A DNA stretch of 64,000 nt from Anthoceros angustus (GCA_010909165.1 VJWM01000103.1:682001-746000); one strand, 5' to 3'; counted from the stretch's first letter, positions 39,286 to 51,206 are shown. The notes: generated by a model not told the origin, from the sequence alone. Numbers and translations are program-made.

Positions 39286-40950
39286 TTATCTAGGTTGGGT
39301 GTGATGGGCCTGATGATGAACTTGTCCTGAATGGTGTTGATGCACACTGTGATGGTGATGAAGGTGCGGCCGGTGAGAACCGCGTCTTGATTCGAAGGTG
39401 GGTTTGGGCTCCTGGAGATGCAGGGTTCCATCTTCTGAAGGGGCTTGCTGGCTATGGTACGACTTGAGAATACGGACATGGCGAGGTTGCAGGCCCTTAG
39501 CATCTACTTGCACTCCCACTGACACCGGGTGTTTGTTTGCACTGCCCAGGAGAGAGGTGTCGTCCAATCCTAGTGCGTCCACATCCATTGCCAGTATTTG
39601 CTCTATCCCGATGTTCACTGGCTTCTCTCCAGCCAAGCTTGGATCACCTTCTGGAGCTTGGGACGGTCTAGGAACTGTGACAGCTCTCAAGGAGATGGCC
39701 GTGCGTAACAAGCCTATGAGAATTCCTCGTCGTTGTGAGGAAGTGAGATCCTCCAGGCTGCTCAAGCTTTTTGGCAGCTCTGTAACATCTTCTGCCTTGG
39801 GTTTGGCCACCTGCTCACCAATGTTATGACCTCTGGTGAGTCTCTCCAGTTCGTTGTCTTCGAGACAAGCGTAGAGGAACTTCACAGCTTCCTCTGCTAT
39901 GTGGCCTGCCCTTTTGGAGTTTTCCTCTATGATTTCTTTCAGCTTCGAGTCCCTGCGGACGGGGGGAGCATGGCCTTCTGCCACACGGTGCTGAGCTTCC
40001 AGCTCGTGACTCATCTTTTCCTTCTCCAGTTCGGATTCATACACCACATGCTTGAGCTGTTCTTCTGAATGCTGCAGCGCCCGCAGCTTGAAGACCAGCA
40101 GACGCATGGTCTTTTGGTACATGTGGATTCGCCTTCCTAGGTCGTCCTCAATCTCTCTGTGGAGGAGGCAAGTTCGATGGAACTGGATGTTCTCTTTGGT
40201 CAGCAGTTCGTTTTTGTGCAGAAGCAGCTCAGTCTGCCTGGTCTGATATGCCAGTTCTATGGTCATATGGTCGTTCTGAGCCATTGCCTTCCTGGTCTTC
40301 TCACTCAGTCTTTGGTCATTCGTCTTCTCCATTTCCTCGATGGTCTCTTGGATGCGCCGAGCCATCTCGTTCTTCAGCCTCTCCTTCTCCTGAACTGCTG
40401 TCCTCTCTGCATCACTAAGTGCCTCTTGGTGCTGCTTTTGTTCCTTTTCAAGCTGTTCCCTGAGCCCAGCCAACTCCGCTTCCATGGCAGCTCTCTTCAT
40501 GGAGAAATCGTGCATATCTCGTAGCTCTACGTGAGCATCGTCCAGCTGTAACCGGAGGTCAGCTACTTTGAATTCATATCCATCTGTCATTTTCTGGATC
40601 TGCTGTAACAGTGCCGAGACCTCTGTTTGCTTTTCCAACTTCAACGCATTGAAGGCTGCTTCCAAGGCTGTAAGCTTGGTTTCTCGGACATCTCTCTCCA
40701 GCGTGACATGGAATATGGCTTCCGTCAGCTTGTCGATCTCTCCCTTAGCTTCCTCACTCAGGGTTTCAACTGTCTGGCACAAGTGCATGGATCTCAGTTC
40801 CAATTTTTTGTTCTTGTCGGCTTGGCAGAAAATCTCGAGCTCCTTTGACAGCATGGCTGACTTAATTGTTTCCATCTCTTCCTGCATTTGTGCCATTGGG
40901 TCTTTCTTCTTGTTCTTGTCCTTGCCTTTCGATTTGGCCTTGGGAGCCAT
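39286..40950 (-). CDS. Coiled-coil cilia/flagella-associated protein, CFAP157/BBOF1-like; intronless
   Basis: 554-aa ORF with basic MAPKAKSKGK start, long heptad region, ERTAVQEKERLKNEM...RLSEKTRKAMAQNDHMTIELAYQTRQTELL. Confidence 0.7.
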   Translation of the reverse strand: MAPKAKSKGKDKNKKKDPMAQMQEEMETIKSAMLSKELEIFCQADKNKKLELRSMHLCQTVETLSEEAKGEIDKLTEAIFHVTLERDVRETKLTALEAAFNALKLEKQTEVSALLQQIQKMTDGYEFKVADLRLQLDDAHVELRDMHDFSMKRAAMEAELAGLREQLEKEQKQHQEALSDAERTAVQEKERLKNEMARRIQETIEEMEKTNDQRLSEKTRKAMAQNDHMTIELAYQTRQTELLLHKNELLTKENIQFHRTCLLHREIEDDLGRRIHMYQKTMRLLVFKLRALQHSEEQLKHVVYESELEKEKMSHELEAQHRVAEGHAPPVRRDSKLKEIIEENSKRAGHIAEEAVKFLYACLEDNELERLTRGHNIGEQVAKPKAEDVTELPKSLSSLEDLTSSQRRGILIGLLRTAISLRAVTVPRPSQAPEGDPSLAGEKPVNIGIEQILAMDVDALGLDDTSLLGSANKHPVSVGVQVDAKGLQPRHVRILKSYHSQQAPSEDGTLHLQEPKPTFESRRGSHRPHLHHHHSVHQHHSGQVHHQAHHTQPR

Positions 40951-42496
40951 TTTGGGTACAAGAAAACGTGGTGGCGAAGCTGATTAGATCTTCGCACAGG
41001 GCAGAATCTACGGCAGACCTGACGATTCCTGTTGAACCAACCACGCATTTACAGACTTGTCAGTCACCACGCATTTACAGACTTGTCGTCAGAGATGACT
41101 AAAAAAAATTTCATGTAAGAAGCTCTATGCTGACTTCCTCAAACTGGAAATCCGCTCACCCGTTGTACATCCCTAAAGCTACTGCGGGCACATGGAAATT
41201 CATTACTGTTGGATTTAGATTATGGATGAACGTGGCCAGAATGGCCGTCCAGTCCCCTGCAGGCTCTTCGGACTGCAGGGGGCACCATGTTGCTTCCACT
41301 GCATTTTGACAGTTTGTCACCACCTTTGCCTATGTACTTTGGCCCTTCCATCATACACTGTGTTGTGAATTGTTGCTGTTGTCCCGCAAGTTGAGAGGCA
41401 GCATTTCGAAGTATTGGGTTTGCTGTACTATCACACCCCACTGCAGTGCACTGCATGTATGAAAGCAATGCATGGCAGACTCACATGATGGGCCTGTTCG
41501 AAGCTTTTTTTTTCGAAGACATCAGAAGAAACGATGTGCTTGGTGCAAGGTGAAAGGAGCATCTCCTGGCCTTGCCTGGCTGTTCTTGCGGGTCAACTTC
41601 AGTGCATCTCAAGAAACGAGCGACGGACAAGGATCTCTCCTACACCCGTAAATCGCTGGCATGAGAGGAGTGGTAGAACGAATTTGAGCAGAATAATCCC
41701 CAAATCCCGCCACCAACAGAGTCTGGTGCATGCACCCGGTTTCTTGTTCCAACGCAACGGATCATTCTGGTGACATCACTTCCCTAAGTAGGTGAGAGAC
41801 AAAGTGCACAAGTGACGAGCGCCTTCAAGCGCCCACCAACAGCCCCTGAACGCCAGGTGTTGGTAAATCCACACAATTCATGAGAGCAATTGGCATGCAA
41901 CATCCCTGCAAATCTAGAGCCGGAGCTTTCACATGCAAGATTAGGATGCGTTTTGATTCTCGTGGGCCCGTAGAAACGCTAATCTGCCAAGTGATTTCAA
42001 GAATAGTCGCCCTCATCAACAGCACCCTTGGGCCTAACACCCTTTGCCCCTTCGCCTCTCCTGGTTCCTGCAAACACTAAACCTTGGGCTTCTCTCTACT
42101 TACCCATCATGCTGCCGCAATGAAGTGAAGCGTGATGCAAGTGCCATGACATGGACCCGGCATTGGAATGACGATCCGGTACAGATTTTTCCTCAGTGAA
42201 TTGCGTTCTCGGGATAATGGAATGAAGGTGAGGACCATAAATAGAAGGGGAAGGCTGGACCCTCTGTCGTCCGTTCTGTTGCTCTAGCGCTGCTGCTGGT
42301 GGTGCTTGATACTTGTTTTCTGTATGTCCTTTGTTTTCTCCCCGATTGCGTGTTGCACTGAGCAAGGTTTGGATTCCTGTTGTGGAATTGAGCTACACCA
42401 CAGATGTCTAATGGAGTTCCTGTCTCTTTGTCGGTGAGACAAGTTCCAGGTTGTCGCTCCCCGGCTCCACTTCCTGCAGCAATTTGTGGTGCCGGG

Positions 42497-44881
42497 ATGG
42501 AGACGCTGGCGATGCGCCCGCTGTTCGCTGCCCTCCCATCGCAGCAGCACTGCCTACCGAAGCTCAGCGCGGGCAGCAGCAGCATGGTAGCCGCCACATT
42601 GCCGCACCCACTGGCGTGGGACGCCGTATGTGCCGCCAGCTGTGGGTCAGAGGATGCTCGCTGGTCGCAATCCTCGTTGCTAGCAAGAAGCAAGGCAGGG
42701 GCAGCGTTTGGCTTTGGCACGGGAAGAACTTTTGCTTCGCGGAATGGAAACCATCCCACTGCTGACCACGCTGTGCTTTTGGAGGTGGAAGGGTGCGTGT
42801 CTCGTTGCTTTTGCATTTGATTGATTGGATTCGGATCTGCACTCGTCGGATCCTGCGACTGTTCGGCAATTGCCATGCTGCTGCTGTTGTGATGACATTG
42901 AATCAGGCCCCTTCTCATGACAGGATGCTGATTCAATAGGGCCTTGTATCTCCTCTGATGTGATGGTCCCACGTAGAGGTGCTAATCGAATGCAGAGGAG
43001 CCACATTTTTGGTCGTACCTCATTTGCGTTTATTTGCCACAGGGTCCTGTCAGATGTTCATCGATTTGGCCACCGTCTTGCCTTCAATGTAGGTGGGACA
43101 AGTCTCAAGCTCCTGCATCTCGCTATGGTTTGTGCACTGCTCATGTGACAGTGCCCTCACGAAACAGTGCCCCTTCGCATTTGCTGGCGAGACACACGAC
43201 ATTCAGCTTGTTCATGCTTTGGGCTCGTGGGAAAGCTGCAGGTTTTCAGGAGTTAGGACTGGAGTGTGCGAATTGGAGCGAGCCGGTTTACCTTGACCTT
43301 CTGAGGTTTCTTTTCGACGATACTGGAAGCAAACACTTCTTTCTCATCGAAATGGCTGCAATGACTTCGTGCTTGTTCTTACTGTAATCTGGGTGACACT
43401 TGCAGGCGCAGTGGAGGAGTGGAAGAGAAGATGCTGCATCTGTTTTTCGATCAGGCAAGACACGTGACTTGCTCCTGTTTGTGCCTAATCTGTTTGTTTC
43501 CTGAATGCTTCGTTGCAATCTTACAAGTGGGGGCTTTGAAAACACAGATAGGGTGGCCATCTTCTTTACCCAGTGAGGAGAAAGATGTATTCGCTGGTAA
43601 ACTAGTGGCAGCAAAGGTGAGGGGTAGCTTCCCTGCTTACTTTGAAAGTTGCCATGAACAGTAATACCTGCAGCTCAGCAAGCGACAGGTTGTTCACACC
43701 CTTGCATGTGCTGGCAGAAAGAAGCACTTGTGAAACTTGCAACAACAGAAACCCTTCCTTTACGCCCAGGGATTGACAAGTGAGCTTCAGATGCTCCTCA
43801 GATGCTGGAAAGCCAACTGGTGTGTCCTTGTTGTTTCGTTCTGCAGTCTTGACGCTCTGTTCATAACTTGATCGCATCCTTCAAGTGCTCTACAGATTTG
43901 TGGATGAAGTGCTACAAGCAGACTTGCCATTAGTCATCATCACCGCATACAGCAGATGTGGAGAGTCTATTGCCAGGTCCTTTCACCACATCCTTGTTAC
44001 ATTTTTTCCAGGCTCTGACTTGCTGTGAAGCCAGAAAGGAGCGTGAAAGAGTTGTGTTTCTTGTGCTGTTGATACAGTTCTATCGTGGACAAGCTGGGCA
44101 AGGAGCGCAGCAAAAAAGTCAAAGTTGTAGGTGAAGCCGAAGTGGAAAACAGTGCTTACGGCAAAGTTGTTTTCGGGTCGGGGATTTTGAACGACACAGA
44201 CGAGCAGTTAGCGGCGGAGGCAGCCAAGGCTGGTATGTCAGTCGGACGTGCTACAAATCATCGCTTTCACAATCTTGAGCTGTAGCGGTTGACCCTTGCC
44301 TTTGTCATCAGTTGTTGCAGAGAAGCAGCGGATGGCCGAAGAGGTGGCTTCTCTCTTAAAGCTCAGCGTCGAACTTGACTCAAGTTTCACCGAAGTGTAA
44401 GGAGTTATGCTATTTCTTCCATCAATAGCGTGTCTTCCGAGCTCGGCGTGGAAATTTTCTTCAACATCACTTCTTTGATCGTGGCAGGTCCAAAAAGGTG
44501 GTGGCCGCACTACGAGCAGGAGCAGAGATTGCTGGCGTAGAGGTCCACAACTGCATTTTGCTATCTGGCAGCTACGTCGGGATACAGGCTGCCGCACAGA
44601 TTGGCATGCCTTGCGTTGTTGTGAGAAGCAGGTGAAAACTTTCTTCCAGAATAAACAAGCTGGAAGGATCCTTGTCTTAATACTTCCTTCCAGAATAAAC
44701 AAGTTAGAAGGATCCTTGCCTTGGTCATTTTGCAAGATAGGGTTGATCCGTGCGACTGATGCTCCCTCCTGCTTTGTTGGCCAGTGTGACTGCGAGGGCA
44801 GAATACCCAGCAGCCCGAGCGGCCATTGATGGATTTGGACCAGGTGCTCTGACTCTACCCCGGCTGCTGCGGTACATTTGA
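42497..44881 (+). CDS. CbbY-like HAD-family protein, organelle-targeted
   Basis: AVLLEVEGVLSDVHRFGHRLAFNV; LGLECANWSEPVYLDLL; IGWPSSLP; LPLRPGID; EKQRMAEEVASLLKLSV; VVAALRAGAE; IGMPCVVVRS; ends DGFGPGALTLPRLLRYI*. Confidence 0.85.
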
Positions 44882-45411
44882 AGCGCAACGATGAATGCCG
44901 AATGATATTCGCACTGTTTCAAAATCGGTACCGACTTGGTACCAAACAGAGAGTCAGAGAGCAATGAAGAAGCGGTGGACTAAGTGTTCTCGGCGCTGTG
45001 GTCCCTTAACCTTGTACACCTACTGGAATAGCTAGCACCCTACGAGTTGGGGATATTCATCACGCAACTTGTCTACAAGTACGTAGATATTTTAGGATCA
45101 TACAAAGGACTCTTCAGACACTGATCTGACATAATCGACGACAGCTTGAATCAAAATAGCTTGGATGTCTTTTAGAGGCTGGTCCTAGAACCTGTTGAGA
45201 ACTTCAAAATGCAAAATTGGACAAAGCCAGTCAGTGATTTTCTTCAGCGAGAATAATCGAACAGGAAACACTAGCAACTCATCGGGATTCGGCTGTGGTC
45301 ATGGCCAATAGGAAGGGAGACAGTTGGCAGGAACAAGGGGACAGGAGTCTAGAGAAATTTAGAGGTTGACAAAGACGGAGACCTGCCTTGAGTTGCATTC
45401 GAGGATACAGG

Positions 45412-46884
45412 ATGGGACTGGAGGACACGGAAGATCGGAGCTCGGGTGGCGATGGAGGTTCCAAATCCAAATACGGATTCCAGTCGCACGAATTCCATGC
45501 CTCGGCGGCGCAGAAGGAGAAAATGGTGCAGACCATGTCGGAGGCCGGGGAAGTGCCGAGCAGGTTCATCCGCACAGCAGAGCTGGAGAGGGGATGGACG
45601 CCGGGATCGCAGGATGCATCCGTGCCGGTGATAGATCTGAGCGGCTGGATATCGGGAGAGGACAGGGAGAGGGTGCGGGGCGAAGTGGCCAGGGCTTGCG
45701 AGGAATGGGGGTTCTTCCAGGTGCGTGGTTGTGGTTTAGGGTTGCCATGGCCCCGAATGGTGAGGTGTGACGAGGGGGAGGCGGCATGGTGCAGGTGGTG
45801 AATCATGGCATGCCCGAGTCGGCTGTGGAGGCGGCAGTGAAGGTGGCGGAGGAGTTCTTCCTGCAGCCGTTCGACGTGAAGGAGGAGGTGGCCATCAGGC
45901 CCGGGGAGTACCAGGGGTATGGCAGGGTGTTCGAGCACGCGGGAGCTCCGTCGGACTGGGTGGATGTGCTAGGGCACCACCTAATCCCGGAGTCCATGAA
46001 GAAGGTGGAGACGCAGTGGCCTCGCAAGCCGGCGTCCTACAGGTGAGTGCGGCATGGAGTCCAGCACGGGGGATGGTCAGGATGGAATTGAAGAAGCAGG
46101 AGGATACACAAGTTTCGTGTTTGTGGTATGGTTTGTGAATGTCAGGCACATTATCGAGGAGTACAGCCGCGGGATCCAGCATTTGGCGAAGCAGGTGCTG
46201 GAGATGGTGTCGCTCAGCCTGGGCCTGCCGGGCTCCTACTTCCAGGACGCGTTCGGGCCGGAGCACATCGCGTCGCTGCGCATCAACTACTACCCGGCGT
46301 GCCCGCGCGCGGAGGCGGTGCTAGGGCTGAGCCCGCACTCGGACGGCGGGTACGTGACCGTGCTGGCGCAGAGCCCGGGCATGGCAGGGCTGGAGGTTCG
46401 CCACCGCGGCGTGTGGCTGCCGGTGGAGCCTGTGCCCGGGGCGCTGGTGCTCAACGTCGCGGACATGTTGGAGGTAGGTCATGTCAGCTCTTCCGCTCCA
46501 TCTCATCTCATCTCATCTCAACCCTTCCCTGCAGCTGCTGCTGCGACCTGCACATGCCACGGACGGTGAAGGAATGGATTCGCTTCCACCTCGGTGCTGC
46601 CTGATGCTGCTCCTCCTCAGGTGGCGAGCAATGGCAAGTACAAGAGCATGGAGCACCGAGCTGTGGTGGACAAGGCGCGGTCGCGCGTGTCGCTCGCCAC
46701 CTTCTTCCAGCCGGCGCTGGACGTGGTGGTGAAGCCAGCCGATGCTGCCGGCGCGGGCCCCGCCCGCTACCGGAGCGTGCTCTACTCCGACTACGTGGCC
46801 CTCTACTTCGGCAAGAAGCTGGATGGCAAGGCCAATATCGACTCTCTCCGCGTACCGGTCCAAGAGCGGGGCCCGGTAGGGTAG
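45412..46884 (+). CDS. 2-oxoglutarate/Fe(II)-dependent dioxygenase (DOXC class); exons 45412-45720, 45795-46042, 46146-46473, 46621-46884
   Basis: VPVIDLS, ACEEWGFFQVVNHG, LRINYYPACP, HSD...H iron triad (PHSDGG, MEHRAVV), RVS 2OG-binding motif. Confidence 0.95.
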
Positions 46885-47120
46885 GTAGATGTCGTACAAG
46901 GGAAGTTAATCACAGGAGGATTTGGTGTACAGAAAACGGCGAAGGGAGCTTCTTAGCTCCTGCATTGCTTGCGGCCAACTCCAACTGCGAGACTCGGGTA
47001 CGAGTCAAAGCTCACTTGAGCCGCGGCCCGGCCCGGTTCGGGCCGTTGTCCGGTCCGGGCCGGGCCGGACCGGGCCGACGAAAGGGGAGCATGTCCGGAA
47101 ACGTGGCCGGGTCTTGTTTT

Positions 47121-47209
47121 GCAGGAAAGTGATGAGTGTGTCGCCGTCCTGTCCGCTCCCACTATGTACATACATGATACATTAGAGTTGTAAGGTCCTG
47201 ACTTCCTGC
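47121..47209 (+). ncRNA. Candidate box C/D snoRNA
   Basis: Box C GTGATGA 47129-47135, box D CTGA 47198-47201, 7-bp terminal stem GCAGGAA/TTCCTGC, 89 nt; target not identified. Confidence 0.35.
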
Positions 47210-48421
47210 TGCCGTTGCCGCGTACTGTATTTTGAAGTTCGATTGGCGTTGTGAGCTGTTGTCGAGGATGGAACCAGTCACCGTTTCATCGACAGCGAAA
47301 TGGGCAACGGCCATTTATGTACATATATATGCACATAAATGTAGCTGTCTAAGAGGCACGTGAGATGGGTACCGGACCCTGGGGCGTGCTACGGAGTGTA
47401 CTTACTGGCGTATGCAGCGGGGAGCGGGGAGCGGGCAGCGGGCAGAGGGGGGAAAGAAAAAAAAAAAGGAAAGGAAAGGAAGGAATTGTAAGAGAGGAAA
47501 TGGTGGAGTTGGTGGGCTCTCTGCCCCAAGCTGCAAGCTGAGGTGCCAAATGCGTCCAAAGCAAATGTGGGAACCATGGTGGGCGAGGGCTGCCAGCCCC
47601 TGCACACTGTGCACGTGCTGTTAACCATCGTCCCGTGTTACCGGAACGGAAGCACAATTACTGCACGCAAAGCCCATGGCAAATGAATCGTTTGTCGACT
47701 CGCGTTTCGTATGTACGCGCATGAGCGAGACGCCGTCTCGCCTTGGCCAATACATAAATGCGGTTGCGCCCATGGGCGTGGAGCCTATCCCAATAGCGAT
47801 GGCATGCGCCCGCGTCAGAATTTCAGAATGCCAACCTGTACGACTGACCTGGAGCCAGGCTGACGGCCGTGACGTGGTTGGGCCGCCCGGCCCGGTCCGG
47901 CCCGGCATTTGCTGGTCGCCAAGCCTGCCCGCTGCCCGCTGCCCGCTGCCCGCCTGCCAGCCCCGCGAGCATGCTTGCGCTGCCCGCTTCCTGGAACCCG
48001 CGGCAGGTTGCAGGCTCCAGGACCTTGCTGTCTCCCTATCTCACGTTCCCTTCTTAAACCTGTACTGCGCCCGCTTCCCCCGCCTCCGTTTTCTCTTCTT
48101 CCACCTGCTCCTTCTCCTGCGCTCCTCTCCGCGTTTTCTTCCACTCCTGGCCTGAGGCACCCAGGACTAGCGAACGCCCGCTCCCTCTCTTCTGTCCCCT
48201 CGGACCCCTGCTTCTACACCGCATCGGAAGGGAGGGAGGAGGAGGACAGCCAGCATCCGCTGCTGGCTCACAAGCTCGACATCTCATTCAGCAGCAGCAG
48301 CAAGTGCAAGAGCAACATCAGCAAGTGCAAGCAAGAGCAGCAAGTGCAAGGGCAAGAGCAACAAGTGCAAGCAAGAGGCGCAGCAAAGCAAGGGCAAGCA
48401 GGCGGAGCAAGAGCAAGCAAC

Positions 48422-49070
48422 ATGAGGCACAAGGGCATCACCCGGGGGCTCATCTTCACGGCCACCTTCTGGGTGCTGAATTACTGCTACGGCTGGCTCA
48501 GCCTCATGAGCTACTCGTACGTGCTGCTGGGATTCGGGGCGGCCGCGCTGGTGACGCACTACGACTACGACAACACCATTCCCGACTGGTTCACCTTCCT
48601 CATGGCGCCCTGCGTCGGGCTGGGGGCGTGGCTGCTGCTCAATTTCCCGCTCGAGCTGCTGGTGGTGGTGCTGGCCGTGCAGGTGTACTCCGCGGGGGGC
48701 TTCCAGAAGGCCACTCACAAGCTGCTGGACTTCCTCCTGCAGTCCGCCAAGCCAGATTCCAAGGAGGCGGCCAAGCCCGGGACCGGGATCGCGCTGGTCA
48801 TGAACAGCGGGGCCTCCTCCCAGGCGGACATGGCCCGCACTCTCAGCCCCAGCGTCAGCAGCGGCCGCAGCCGGACCTCCCGCGCAGCCACAGCCACAGC
48901 AAGAGCAAGAGCGACAGCCACAGCAAGAGCGACTTCCGCAGCCGGAGCTTCAAGGTGGAGAGCATCTCGCAGCTGGTGGACATCCTGCCTGCGGCAACGG
49001 AGGATGCCAGCAGCAAGAGCGCGGAGCCGCAGGGGATCGCCGCCACTCTCGTCACGGCACCTGAGCCTGT

Positions 49071-49103
<33 letters not shown>

Positions 49104-49764
49104 GCCCCCTCCTCGTGCTCCGGCCCCCCCTCCTGCTCCTCCTCCTGCGCCTGCTCCTGCTCCTGCTCCTGTTCCGGATCCGGATCCGGAGGCGGGACCT
49201 ACGCTCAGCCCCAGCCTGAGCTCGAAGAGCTTGGGGCGGGTCAAGTCCATGGAGCAGGGAGAGCGCAGCAGCAGCGCGGCCTCGGAGGATTCGTCCGAGG
49301 CGGAGTCCCCGGCTGCCCCGTTGCGGGTTCCCCGCAAGTTCCCCAGCCTTCCTTCCATCTTCAAGCAGGCAGACGATTCCGACTCCGCCAGCGACAGTGA
49401 CAACGGCGGGAGCAGCATTCTGCAGAAGCGCGGCTTGCCCAGCTTGCTTGTCTCTCACAGGTTTCCTCCGCGAAATGCCAGGGCGGCCAGGTCCCGCTTC
49501 GCAGCCCGGGAGGCTGCAGCCGAGGCTCATCACGAGGACGCCCACACCGGGGGAATGAAGAGAAGCCTGACGTCGCCTGTGGATCATCAGAACGTGGCGC
49601 CTGGATCCACTAGGGCCGCCCCCAAGCAGGTTTCCTTCCCGGAGCTTCCGGATGAGTTCAGAGATAAGTACATGCAGAAGTCGGTTTCCGTTGCGTCGTC
49701 TGAAGCTAGAAACAAGTTCATGAGATCCGAAACTGCTCGTTCTGTTTCTGTCAAACCTCGTTAG
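48422..49764 (+). CDS. N-terminal multi-TM protein with Ser/Pro-Ala-rich disordered tail; one -1 frameshift near 48881-48884
   Basis: MRHKGITRGLIFTATFW... TM helices in one frame; after ...SGRSRTSR the sensible sequence continues as RSHSHSKSKS...(PA)n...SVSVKPR* in the -1 frame; GC-rich codon usage in both halves. Confidence 0.65.
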
Positions 49765-51206
49765 GTGCCGGTAGTAGGGTAGAGCAGCTCTCCTACTTCA
49801 TTCTTCTCTAAGACTTGTGCATTTCTCCACTCCATTCCACCCTCGTAGTTAGCTTGCCGTCACGGTGATCATTTGCATTCTATTGTAGGCTGTTCTGTGT
49901 TGCTGCTCAACAGATTGCAGCATGTATACATTCAATTGTAGTGAGGATTTGTGAGATTGGGCCCTCTCAGGCACTTCTCCATAACAAAACCATAAAAAGG
50001 AAAACAGTACCACTACCACACACCATTCGTCTTCCCTCTTTGTTCTCTGTTGCAAGGTTCTAAGGTCCCTTGCTTGACAATGTTGGCAGCATGCGTCACG
50101 GATGTGTGAAAAGCAAGATCCAATAGCTCTCGTAAAATATTGCCAGGGCCACCAGTTCCATCCACACAGCTGTGAAACGAAACGAATGAGAGTGATGTGG
50201 GAGATTTCAAACGTCCAAGAGCTCTCGTAAAGATCCCAACAATGCAGTTTCCATTGCCAGCAGTTCCATCCGCCCAGCTGTGAAATGAAAGGAATGAGAG
50301 TGATGTGAGGGATTTTAGTTCCCTTGGAACAGCTTAAATTGGCAGAGCATCATCACTCATCAGTCTGTGATGACACCCACCAACAGTGGGGCACGGTCCA
50401 GAAGATACCAACACTGACAAGACAACCTTTCAGGATATTTGCCAGAATATGTCCAACTTGCGTTCTACAGGGTCACCAGACCAGATTTTGCTTTCTTTGG
50501 CAAGCAACCAACCGGCATCACAGCATTTGTGCGTCAAAGAGGGCCCAATTTCATGTGCGATATGTAATGCAGACTTGCAGAGGACTGTCCAGTTTATTAT
50601 CAGCGCTTTAAGCCAATGGACGGGACCCAACAGGAACGGCTGTTCTGACGTCCTGCTGGCGGCCCCGTTGGCGAGATCGGGAATCTCCCCCGTGTGAAAT
50701 CGGATGGACAGCTCGCTACCGCCGAGCCGATTGCGGTGTTACGCGCATCGGAGGCCTTGCATGTCAACGAAGTTGTACATTTTTACCTACAGAGGAGGTA
50801 AAAATGTGGCATGAGGAGGTCGTCGCACAAAGCGTACTACAGACCAGACTATGATTTCGGCTCTGAGTAAATAATACCGTGTTCGGAGGATATCCAAAGT
50901 TCTGGACTGGGCTCCCATCCTCGCAGCTTCACAAGAATGCGGGTGTCGCAGTTGCTTCACTTTGCAAATTGGTCGGCTCCACACATTGTCGGCCATTCGT
51001 TTTGTCCATCCACACCGGGTGTATGACTCCAACGCATATTCGGCTGCTGCTCTTACCGTCTGATGTTTTCCTTACTTGGCGAGTCAGTGCAGCCAGTCAG
51101 CCACAACTGTGGGGTCCTGTGATTTCATGTTCTCGCCTGGGTGCATTCTTCACCGCATTGATGCTGAAGGTGAACGTTGCATTCATGGGGAGGCAGTTCT
51201 TGGGTG

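Noticed and set aside
42193-42972. 259-aa minus-strand ORF
   Set aside because: Antisense to exon 1 of the CbbY-like gene with no recognisable domain
34752-46884. Metabolic gene cluster (CMO, 2OGD, with SMO2, AGT2 and HAD nearby)
   Set aside because: Enzymes belong to unrelated pathways, are interspersed with housekeeping genes and there is no scaffold-forming enzyme
47909-49219. 436-aa ORF as a single protein with a poly-Leu TM tail
   Set aside because: Starts at a non-ATG codon, and the Leu run is the off-frame reading of Pro-Ala repeats
48715-49587. Long antisense ORFs (290 and 187 aa)
   Set aside because: Shadows of GC-rich, repetitive coding sequence on the other strand
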